Of a DNA stretch of 64,000 nt, positions 26,501 to 37,412 are shown in pieces; the stretch's first letter is position 1; each line of letters begins with the position of its first letter. This DNA is from Macrostomum lignano (Eukaryota): contig NIVC01000362.1 in NCBI GenBank assembly GCA_002269645.1, positions 558,001 through 622,000 on the forward strand. Direction: 5' to 3'. Below the pieces are notes generated by a model, which was not told the origin of the DNA, did no database searches, and saw nothing but the letters and a program-made list of their open reading frames with translations. The position numbers and the translations under genes are program-made.

Positions 26501-29500
26501 AAATTGGAAAAGCCATTGCGGCCTTTTTCATTCGAAGAACTATAGAAGACAATTGCTTCTAGAAGCAACCTAAACCACTGAATCATTAAATAAGCATAAA
26601 CTATAGTGTGAGCTCCAAACTCTTGCTTTATTTGGTACTCAGTTTTGCACTAGCATAGTCTAGTCTGCATGCTACAATGAAGTTTTTAGTGATCTTTAAA
26701 GACGACCGTCAAATTGTTGAGGTCCGGAAAGCGAACTGAAGCTTCCTGAAGGCTTTCAAAACCTTAAGGAAGAGGAATGGTTAGAAAAGAGGGACTCCAC
26801 TGAGAAGTGGAAGTGTGAAGCCTTGTATGAAGGCTGTTTTTACTCTGCTCTAATTATTCAGGTAAGCAACCGATCCCAACGATATTTGAAATGTTAAAAT
26901 TCTTGAATCGATCTAATATTTGTACGCTCATATTTTCTCATTAATTTAAAGGTAATACTAAGCAACAACCTAGAGCCTGGGAGCTTCCGCTTTGTGCGTG
27001 AATTGGTGGCCAAAAAGACCCGACTGAACCGAATTCTCGAGTTGGTTCAACCCAGAGTCTTTCAGGAGCGTGACATGAAGAAAGCACGAAGGCATTACCA
27101 GACTAAGGTAAAATTAAGCACAGCCCATATAATTTTTATCGAGAACTTTGTTTTCTCCGTTTTACCTTTTAAACTAATTTTTAAGAAAAGGGAAGAAATT
27201 AAATGTGAGAATAATCTTTAAAACTGACATTACCTTGATAATTTCTCATGCCGTAACCATCCCAAACAGAATCTGTCAGACGGCTCAGCCACCGATTCCG
27301 AGGCAATCTTCGAAGATAAGAGCAGCCGCTGTTTGCAACCTCCAGCTTTGCTGCCTAAACAACATCCGCCTACGATTGCACAGTTAGCGCCAATGCCTCC
27401 TATTAGTGATGATGAAGCAGAAGCTGGCGTAGACGCCGATATGGAAGCTGAGGCGGAAGCTGAAGTGGAAGCTGAGGTGGAAGCTGAGGTGGAAGCTGAG
27501 GCGGAAGCTGAAGTGGAAGATGAGGCGGAAGCTGAAGTGGAAGCTGAGGCGGAAGCTGAAGTGGAAGCTGAGGTGGAAGCTGAGATCGGAGCTGAGGTGG
27601 AAGCTGAGATGGGAGCTGAGGCGGAAGCTGAGGCGGAAGCTGAGGTGGAAGCTGAGATGGGAGCTGAGGTGGAAGCTGAGGCGGAAGCTGAAATAGAAGC
27701 TGAGTTCGTAGCAGATGATCGATCGACGATTCCTAAGTCGCCTCCCACCATTTCATCTTTTAATTTTGGTTCTGGCTTTCTTAGAAAACTAGAAGAGCAG
27801 ATCCAAGCCGGTGTTAGCTTTGAGCTGGAAAGTCCAAGAGGCATCAAGTTTCTGTCCTTATATGCCCTACGCGAACTTACTATGCGCAAGAATGAATTGA
27901 AAGCATTAGAAAATGGTTTGACCAAACAAATCACCGCAATGCGCACTGAAGTGCAGAGCGTGCTACGCTTTTTGGAACCGGTTGGCGCTGACATTCCAAC
28001 TGATAATTCTGAGCCTTCATTCTGGCCGATCAACTCCTGGGAAAAATATGTGCAATTCGCTTCCAATCCAAATGAATATATTTCTACTTTGGTAAGTTCA
28101 TGACTGAGTTTTTTATTTTCTTTTCATTAAAAGAAATGCTCTAACTACTACTCAAAGCGCACTAGTACTATCACTGTGAAATAACAATCTATAAGTATTC
28201 TCACCTGTAAAAATCTAAACAGAAGAGCCTGCTACGTTCATGCAAGCGAGACAAGTGGTCCGATGCTTTAATGGCAATGCTTAACGAGAGCTTGTCGAAA
28301 GAGATGCAGGCGGTTATTAATTTAATCGGGTCAGACATGCGAAGCCGAGCTGTTGCTGCTGGAGTTGCGACCAACCTTGCTGATGCGCAGCTTGGATTTC
28401 AGAGCACTCTGCTCAGCCATTTCCAAAGTAAGTCTACTTAATCAACGTTCAATGAGACTTTTAAAGCTAAATATCAAGAAATTAGTCGAGCACAGCGCAT
28501 GCTATTCATAGTAACTTTCAACTTTTTTCCTAACAGAAGCAATCACATTCATCTATGGCGCGACCGCTGAAGCCGGCAGGCCCTCTGAACAATCTGTAAG
28601 AAATACTTGCAGACAGCAGCTAAAGCATGGCGGTGACCGATTAAAGGGGCGGTCGCATCGCACAGGAAGCCAGCTGCTTTCCGGAGTCCAGACTCAAAGC
28701 CCCGCTTCTGACAGCACCGTACAAAGACAGTCTCTGGTGGCAGCGACTCCAAGCCCCGCTTCTGGCAGCGCCGTACAAAGACAGTCTCTGGTGGCAGCGA
28801 CTCAAAGTCCCGCTTCTGGCAGCGCTGTGCAAAGACGATCTCTGGTGGCAGCGACTCAAAGTCCCGCTTCTGGCAGCGCCGTGCAAAGACAGTCTCTGGT
28901 GGCAGCGACTCCAAGCCCCGCTTCTGGCAGCGCCGTGCAAAGACAGTCTCTGGTGGCAGCGACTCCAAGCCCCGCTTCTGGCAGCGCCGTGCAAAGACAG
29001 TCTCTGGTGGCAGCGACTCCAAGCCCCGCTTCTGGCAGCGCCGTGCAAAGACAGTCTCTGGTGGCAGCGACTCAAAGCCCCGCTTCTGGCAGCGCCGTGC
29101 AAAGACAGTCTCTGGTGGCAGCGACTCAAAGTCCCGCTTCTGGCAGCGCCGTGCAAAGACAGTCTCTGGTGGCAGCGACTCAAAGTCCCGCTTCTGGCAG
29201 CGCCGTGCAAAGACACAGCCATTCATCTTCTTTTTCCCTAGTGAGTAAAAACGTATCTAAACTGAATAATGAACGATGAATACGATGATTGATAAGCATT
29301 AAATACTACTGTCAGTAAGATAAAATGTGCATGCAGTAATTTTTTGTTTTCTTTCCAATGTCACAGACACCATCGCGACTATCAGCGGGAGAAGTGCCGC
29401 CAGCGGTGACAGCAAAGCCGAGCTCCCAATCCAGAAAGCGAGCGAGTATTCAGTTGGATTCTCAGCCTCGAAAGCGGAACAACCATCGCCCCCGTTCAGC

Positions 29501-32236
29501 AAAGTCAAAAAACAACTACCGCACTGACTGCTCTCTCGAATCTGATGACGAAACCGAATCAAGTGGATCAAACTGGTCCGAAGATCAGCGAGAGCTGGGT
29601 GATGGACAATTTAAAATCTTCTAATTATGAGAGCACGTATTTTACGAGTAAATGCTGTCACAAAATGATTCTAAAACTGACATTCTTTCAACACCTTTGT
29701 TGCCAACTATTTTTCGTTCTAATATTGTGTTTTAATATCAGTTCCATTTAACTTCGCTAAATAAATTCAAATTTCATTAGATTTAAGTTTCTTATTCGAT
29801 TTCATTCATAGACTCAAACTAATTTTCTAAAAAACTGCAAAAAATTCACAAAAGGCAAACTTCGTAAGCAAGTAGCAGCAAGGTTGTTTAAATTTATAAT
29901 GGAAGAGACAATTGCTTAAAAAAATCAGATAGCTCTGAAAATTATTTGGAAATAAATTCAATTTTGAAACAACCAGAAAGCTAGCCTGCTGCCAGAGCAA
30001 AATATATCAGTAAAAGCCATGCATACTACTGTTAGTAGAGTAAACCAATTCTTGCCTTAATTTATTGGGCAGTCCACCGGGCGCCGGGTATAAGGCCGGC
30101 GCCCCGACTGGACAAAGAGTGCGCCCCGCTACCGGCCACAGGCCACCGGGCGCCGCGGTCTGCGCACCCTTGGGCGTACCAGAATTTCCCACTGGGTAGG
30201 AAACAACAATTTCTACAGGATTTCTAGGAAACAACAATTTCTACAGGATTTCTAGGAAACATCAATTTCTACAGGATTTCTAGGAAACAACAATTTCTAC
30301 AGGATTTCTAGGAAACATCAATTTCTGCAGGATTTCCAGGAAACATCAATTTCTACAGGATTTCTAGGAAACAACAATTTCTACAGGATTTCTAGGAAAC
30401 AACAATTTCTACAGGATTTCTAGGAAACATCAATTTCTACAGGATTTCTAGGAAACAACAATTTCTACAGGATTTCTAGGAAACAACAATTTCTACAGGA
30501 TTTCTAGGAAACATCAAATTCTACTGGATTTCCAGGAAACACCAATTTCTACCTGATTTCTATGAAACACCGATTTCTACTAGATTTCTAGGAAAAATCA
30601 ATTCCTACCGGATTTCTATGAAAAACAATTTTATACAGAATTTTTAGGAAGCACCGATTTCTACTGTATTTCTAGGAAACACAGATTTCTACTGTATTTC
30701 TAGGAAACACCGATTTCTACTGTATTTCTAGGAAACACCGATTTCTATTGTATTTATAGGAAACGCCGATTTCTACTGGATTTCTAGGAAACACCGATTT
30801 CTATTGATTTTTTAAGAAATGCATTTGTTTACATTTTTCTCAGATACCCGAACCTGCTACTATTTTGACAAGAATTGTCACTTAATTCCCTCAACACCTC
30901 CTCGATCTTTAGGTGTCGGTCACCTGGTGGCAGCCAGTCGCGTTGCACTCCGTCCTGACTGCCTGGCAGCTGGTCGTTGCCTCCGGCTGCCTCGCCGCCG
31001 CCTGGGCCGCCCGTCGAGCGGCTGACGCCCTGCCAGCCCTGGCCGAATCAGCCGGTCTCCTGACGGCCGTGGCTGGCTGGCTGGCATCTGCTGGCCTGCT
31101 GGCTCCATGGGCGCTGGTGCTGTATCAACGCCAGCAGCTGGGAGCAGACTGGCGCGTTGGATTGATGGAGCAGCTTGCGTTGCAGCTGCCGCTGCTCATC
31201 AGCCTGCTGGCTACTCAGGGCCTGCGAGCGGTGGCCTATTTGAAGTCACCGGCTGAGCACAACCAGGCCCGGTGCAGACGGCCTTTGAACAGCAGCCCGG
31301 AGACTGCCGTGGGTCGCGACCGGTAGGTTTCAGTGAGCTCTGGGAGGCTGCCCAGCAACTGGGGATTTGGGAGGCTGGCCCAGCAACTAGGGATTTGGGA
31401 TGGCCCAGCAACTGGGGATTTAGGAGGCTGGCCCAGCAACTGGGGATTTGGGAGGCTGGCCCAGCAACTGACACTCTGGGAGGCTGGCCCAGCAACTGAC
31501 ACTCTGGGAGGCTGGCCCAGCAACTGACACTCTGGGAGGCTTGCTCAGCAACTGAGGATCTAGGAGGCTGGCTGACGATCGCAGACTGAAATTTATCACT
31601 GAATCTGTCCCTCAATCTCGCAGGGGTGGCGCCTCCACTTGGCTTGTCCAAGGCCAACATCAGCAGCCGCCGCAGCAGCAAGATTCCTCACCTTCGGGCT
31701 CTTCAACAGCCACGGCAGCAACATCCGCATCGCCGACCCCACCGACCGTGCCGCCGACATCGTCGCGAGCCTCCAGCAGCCAGCAGCAGCTGCTGCGCCA
31801 GAACCGCCAGCTCCGACGCCAGCTGGAGGAGCTTCGTCGACAGCTCAACCGACAGGACCAAGAAGTCGCCGACTGCGACGAGCAGCAGGACGACACGGCC
31901 AGGAGCATCGTGGACATCTACCAGCTGGATGACACCTGGGAGACTCGCTCCTACCTGAGCTGCCAGCTGCAGCAGAATCTGCGCCAGCTGCCTAGCGACC
32001 GACTCTACCCGGATTCGGTGACGGTTGACAGCAGGCCGATGAAGTTGCCAGCTGGCAGTCGGGTTTGTGAGGCTGGCACTCCGATGAAGAGAGCTGCTGC
32101 CCCATCACGCGCAGCAGCGATGCACAGCAGGAGGAAAGCTACCAGACGAGGATCTCGGTTGGCAACAAAACAACAAAGGACAACCGACATTGACAATCAG
32201 CTGGCCAGTGCTGCCTGTACTTATTTTATGGTGTAG
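16919..32236 (+). CDS. Class C GPCR, GABA-B2/GPR156-like, lacking the Venus flytrap ectodomain; receptor 2
   Basis: Exons 16919-17032, 19207-19600, 30913-31322, 31624-32236 splice in frame. FNVAWRNER|[16 protein letters not shown] matches GABBR2-type [33 protein letters not shown] matches AKTWRVH; [17 protein letters not shown] matches AWETRNVSIPALNDS; [19 protein letters not shown] is a coiled coil. In-frame TAA at 16913-16915 lies just upstream of the ATG. Confidence 0.85.
17772..18867. repeat. 57/62-bp minisatellite in intron 1 of receptor 2
   Basis: Unit cagacacccctcagacaccccgctgtctccacagacccatcggtaactgtcctcagc, about 19 copies. Confidence 0.95.
18888..19030 (+). mobile_element. tRNA-derived SINE with a CORE/Meta-like central domain
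   Basis: A-box-like TAGCCTAGTGA and B-box-like GGTTCGTTCC (18939-18948), followed by tgtgtccttgagcaagacacttaac...cacccagctgtaaaatgggt. The 3' end was not defined. Confidence 0.75.
21118..21359. repeat. 16-bp array (gggcaaattgtctggc) bounded by a perfect 15-bp inverted repeat
   Basis: gaccgccacaatttg at 21118-21132 and caaattgtggcggtc at 21345-21359. Confidence 0.88.
22238..22429. mobile_element. hAT-type MITE (192 bp) nested in the large EnSpm element
   Basis: TIR CAGT(A/G)GCGCAACCAG; 8-bp TSD GGAGCAAG at 22230-22237 and 22430-22437. A diverged inverted partial copy lies at ~21785-21900. Confidence 0.85.
24294..26318 (-). CDS. CMC/EnSpm transposase (~675 aa) with two single-base frameshifts
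   Basis: Three overlapping ORFs carry [47 protein letters not shown]...[20 protein letters not shown] and FPFENFLG, all typical of animal EnSpm transposases. Frameshifts near 25525 and 25180 fall in short homopolymers. Confidence 0.88.
26677..29624 (+). CDS. EnSpm accessory ORF2 (DUF4806/BEN-like), six exons, with coding tandem repeats
   Basis: Exons 26677-26861 (1-nt frameshift near 26725), 26952-27107, 27270-28091, 28223-28427, 28537-29240, 29367-29624 with consistent phases. [22 protein letters not shown] resembles the DUF4806 C-terminus; (AEAEVE)n tract and 16-aa (48-bp) repeats. Confidence 0.72.
30197..30810. repeat. 28-bp minisatellite (atttctacaggatttctaggaaacaaca); the other half lies at ~20050-20348
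   Basis: Array split by the 9.8-kb EnSpm element. Confidence 0.93.
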
Positions 32237-32791
32237 ATTGTGCTAAATGGCTCTGTACATGTATAAACTCTAGAGCTGGATCAGAACTTTAATGCCCAAC
32301 TGCACTTTTTGTTCCTTGTATCCTGGAAATGGGCTCCACTGACTCACTACTCAAAACAGAAATGGGCACTCCACTGACTCACTACACAAAACAGAAATGG
32401 GCACTCCACTGACTCACTACACAAAACAGAAATGGGCACTCCACTGAATCACTACTCAAAACAGAAATGGGCACTCCACTGACTCACTACTCAAAACAGA
32501 AATGGGCACTCCACTGACTCACTACTCAAAACAGAAATGGGCACTCCACTGACTCACTACTCAAAACAGAAATGGGCACTCCACTGACTCACTACACAAA
32601 ACAGAAATGGGCACTCCACTCACTCACTACTCAAAACAGAAATGGGCACTCCACTGACTCACTACACAAAACAGAAATGGGCACTCCACTGACTCACTAC
32701 TCAAAACAGAAATGGGCACTCCACTGACTCACTACTCAAAACAGAAATGGGCACTCCACTGACTCACTACACAAAACAGAAATGGGCACTC

Positions 32792-35700
32792 CCCACGTAA
32801 CCAAGAATCTCGCCAAAGGCTTGCGTCCCCATCGCGTGGCAATATTAGGCGATATCTCGCCTGGCGATATCTAAGCAATATCTAAGCGATATCGATCGGC
32901 GATAAATCAATACGATAGGAAATTGCCTCTAAAGTCCTATATATATGTCTAAAAGACACTAAAACGAAGTTCAAACCTATATTGGCCCATCTTGCGCGCA
33001 TTCTTGCGAAATCGCCAAAACCTTGAGTTTCGATGCCTTGGCGATAATTGCACTATCGCCGAGCGATAGAACAACGTTGGGAATGCGATCCATGCTTAAT
33101 TCACATGTATTTTAGCCCACTCACATGTATTATTCGCAATTTAAGGTCACTTCGTGAATGGTGAGTTGCAAGCGAGTGATGCTCTTCTGTTTTAGCATTA
33201 TCTTCTTGGTCTATCGTACCGTACATATAAACAAGTTCGTGCATCGCGGCGCGATATTTTAGCGGTTGGCTGGCGCTGTTTTTAAGTTCATCTTGAAACT
33301 TTGATGCCAATAAGATGTATATCAAGGTAAATTTGCAGTTTTGATATATGAAAATAAAAAATATGTTCTTTTGTCGTCTTGTCCTGCTTTGTGTTTCTGA
33401 CTGCAAAATTCATTTATTAATTTGATAAAATACGCGTTAAATGTATGCTCTTTTAAAAATGACGCTGCACAACTAGTCAGAGGTCTTCATCGAATTAAGA
33501 CAGATCATCAGATCGCATGTTCCCTTTTTACATATGTTATACATGTCTTACGCTCAAGATTATTTGTGAAACAAAAAACTGTGGTAAATAGTGGTAGATA
33601 GTAACAGTAGTCCAGTGCTCAGAGTTTTATTTTGTCAAACTGTGTTTTTAGCACTTCATTTTTAGATTTCTTTTGCACATCCAGATGCCAATTTTGCACC
33701 TCGAAATGTTGGTAGACGCATACTTTTAATTACATTTCTAGAATTCAAATGCATTTTGGCTCTTTTAGAGAAATTATAACTATTACTGAACTTAGATCAG
33801 TGCCAACTGCCAATGTAGTTGATTAGGGCCTAGGCCTAACTTAAATTTCCTTCATTGTTCATTTCAATTTCAACCTGATCTAGCATTGATTAGGTTTTGG
33901 AAAATTCTAAATAGCTAAACTAGCTCCAGCCTATATTCTACAAGTAGAAGATAGCTTTTGTGGACTTCTTAAGGATCAGATGTATAAAATACTTGCTGAT
34001 GTCCAAATCTTAAACTGCTTTTGTCAAATGTCAATACTATTACTAATGTAAAATTTAGGATTTTGGAGGATTTTTGACAAGTGGAAATTTTTATACCTAG
34101 CTATTAATGGTGATATTGATCTTCTTGAATAGAACAATAGGCCTTTCCAACCATAACCCATAGGCCATATTCCCCATGGTCCAAGTATTAAGGTTAACTT
34201 ATTTTAGACTTTGACTTCTTGTTAAATGCTAACTAGAAACTTATTTTATAGAATATAATGGCCATTGATCTTGAAATTAGATAGAACAGTGAGTCTCTAT
34301 TAAAGATCAATTACAATATAGGCCTAGTAGTCTATACTATATGTGGCTATAGTTTATTGTCATTTTTCCATATCTATATTTTTTGACTTAGCCATTTTCT
34401 TATGCCATGGTTTTTGGTGTTTAGGTTAGCTACCCTAGGGCTAGGCCTAGTCATTTCAAATTGACTAGATCTCAATTTTTAATATATTTTATAGTAGCTA
34501 TTTATCTTAAATAGAAAAGTGGGCTTCTTTTAAAGATTAGGCTAGGCCTAATACTATATTAATACTATATTATATTATACTTCTACCTACCCTAATACCT
34601 TGTTCCCTATACAGGTTATAGCTATGGTACTTAGCATTGATATTAGGATTATCCTAGTTATTTTTTGTAGTAAAAATGGATGCATTATTTGAACTCTCCA
34701 TACCAAAAGACCTCTATTTAGACTATAGCTACAAATTTATGAACTGATATAAAATGGAACTATCCTAGTTATTTTATCATTTGGACCAAAAATGCTAGTT
34801 TTACTGGTTTAATAAAATTTGTTCACATCTTTTTTATGCAAGCAATTATATCCTTTCTTTCAGCTGTTCTACAATCTCAATTTTGGGGGCCAGTTTGTCA
34901 AGTATGCTCCCGAAGCATGAATTATCAGCCTACCAACATGCCAATGGCCTTGAGTGAGCAATGAATGACTGAAGGTCCTCAGAAGCAAAGGTTCAATTCC
35001 GGAGACTGACTGGGAGGCCCATTCCTGTACCATCCTGTCAAAGTGTGGTAAATACTTTAAAGTTCTAGACTTCCTTTGAATTACTTATTTGGTGACTAAC
35101 TGAACTGCATACTTCTGATGTGGGTGATATTCTGCACAAGCATGATAAGTCAAAGTAACTGGAATTTTACTTTGTTACATTTAATTTTTCCATTGTGAAG
35201 TAACCGATATTTACTGTCGAATTGCTTGTTAAAGAAGTCGGAAATATTTAATATTTTGTTTTTTTTAGTCATCTGGGTTTTTCACCTTAGACTTCAAGTC
35301 ATGTAATGACATGACCGTCATTCTATTAGCATGACCAAATTGAGACAGGTTCATGCCAGCCTGGTATTATCAAGAAATTTTATTGTTATGGGTGTCATTT
35401 TGACTTGGCTTAGGTTTTGTAAAGGGCAAAAATTTATTAAGTTACGAATTTTGAGTCATTTAAAGATTCGAGGAGTCTGACAAGAATGCATCATACTTGT
35501 CAAATGTATGTTTTTTCTTATTGCCAACCAGCCCAGCATTTGTCTTCAATATTTGTCAAATGAAAGTAGTGCTCAAGTCTAACTATTGCTATTTTTCTCC
35601 TATATTATATTTTTCTCTCCCTGCCTGCTGCATATTTATAGCTGAATTTTCACCATACATGCTGCTGTAAGTAGCATCATTAGAAGTAAAATATATATTC

Positions 35701-36042
35701 AAAAATCGGGAGGCATTAATAAGAACTTGTGGAGTTTTCGTCTCCAGCGACTTGAAGGAAAGCTATAGGCTATCTGATGGAATAATAAATTTGCAGTATT
35801 GAGCTGTGTCTGTTGATTCTTTCAATCATTTTTAATGCTATCATTTAAACAAGAATTATAACTGTATCGTCAATTCATCGCCAATTGCTCGCCAAACGAT
35901 ATCGCCGGGCGATACGGGACGATATCGCCCCTGCGGACAGCCGCGATATTTCGGCGAGATGAGGGCGATCGCTCGGCGATGTTTAGACGAATCGCCGGGC
36001 GGTATCGCCCCGATGTGGAGGCGAGGTTTTTGGTTATGTGGG
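32792..36042. mobile_element. Non-autonomous CMC-type element (3251 bp)
   Basis: TIRs CCCACGTAACCAAGAATCTCGCC vs CCCACATAACCAAAAACCTCGCC; 2-bp TSD TC (empty site gggcac-TC-cactg of a 35-bp minisatellite); subterminal GATATCGC repeats at both ends. Confidence 0.88.
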
Positions 36043-37412
36043 TCCACTCACTCACTACTCAAAACAGAAATGGGCACTCCACTGACTCACTACTCAAAAC
36101 AGAAATAGGCACTCCACTGACTCACTACTCAAAACAGAAATGGGCACTCCACTGGCTCACTACACAAAACAGAAATGGGCACTCCACTGACTCACTACAC
36201 AAAACAGAAATGGGCACTCCACTGACTCACTACTCAAAACAGAAATGGGCACTCCACTGACTCACTACACAAAACAGAAATGGGCACTCCACTCACTCAC
36301 TACTCAAAACAGAAATGGGCACTCCACTGACTAACTACACAAAACAGAAATGGGCACTCCACTGACTCACTACACAAAACAGAAATGGGCACTCCACTGA
36401 CTCACTACACAAAACAGAAATGGGCACTCCACTGACTCACTACACAAAACAGAAATGGGCACTCCACTGACTCACTACACAAAACAGAAATGGGCACTCC
36501 ACTGACTCACTACACAAAACAGAAATGGGCACTCCACTGACTCACTACACAAAACAGAAATGGGCACTCCACTGACTCACTACTCAAAACAGAAATGGGC
36601 ACTCCACTGACTCACTACACAAAACAGAAATGGGCACTCCACTGACTCACTACACAAAACAGAAATGGGCACTCCACTGACTCACTACACAAAACAGAAA
36701 TGGGCACTCCACTGACTCACTACACAAAACAGAAATGGGCACTCCACTGACTCACTACACAACAGAAATGGGCACTCCACTGACTCACTACACAAAACAG
36801 AAATGGGCACTTCACTGACTCACTACACAAAACAGAAATGGGCACTCCACTGACTCACTACACAAAACAGAAATGGGCACTCCACTGACTCACTACACAA
36901 CAGAAATGGGCACTCCACTGACTCACTACACAAAACAGAAATGGGCACTCCACTGACTCACTACACAACAGAAATGGGCACTCCACTGACTCACTACACA
37001 AAACAGAAATGGGCACTCCACTGACTCACTACACAAAACAGAAATGGGCACTCCACTGACTCACTACACAACAGAAATGGGCACTCCACTGACTCACTAC
37101 ACAAAACAGAAATGGGCACTCCACTGACTCACTACACAAAACAGAAATGGGCACTCTACTGACTCACTACACAAAACAGAAATGGGCACTCCACTGACTC
37201 ACCACTCAAAACAGAAATGGGCACTCCACTGACTCACCACTCAAAACAGAAATGGGCACTCCACTGACTCACTACACAAAACAGAAATGGGCACTCCACT
37301 GACTCACTACTCAAAACAGAAATGGGCACTCCACTGACTCACTACACAAAACAGAAATGGGCACTCCACTGACTCACCACTCAAAACAGAAATGGGCACT
37401 CCACTGACTCAC
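36043..37412. repeat. 35-bp minisatellite (actccactgactcactacacaaaacagaaatgggc); the other half lies at ~32332-32791
   Basis: Array split by the 32792-36042 element. Confidence 0.95.

Larger units (their letters stand above)
20349..30196. mobile_element. Near-intact autonomous CMC/EnSpm-type transposon (9848 bp) in intron 2 of receptor 2
   Basis: Termini CCCAGTGG...CCACTGGG; 2-bp TSD TA (empty site gatttc-TA-ggaaac of a 28-bp minisatellite); GC-rich subterminal hairpins; transposase on - and ORF2 on +. Confidence 0.92.
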
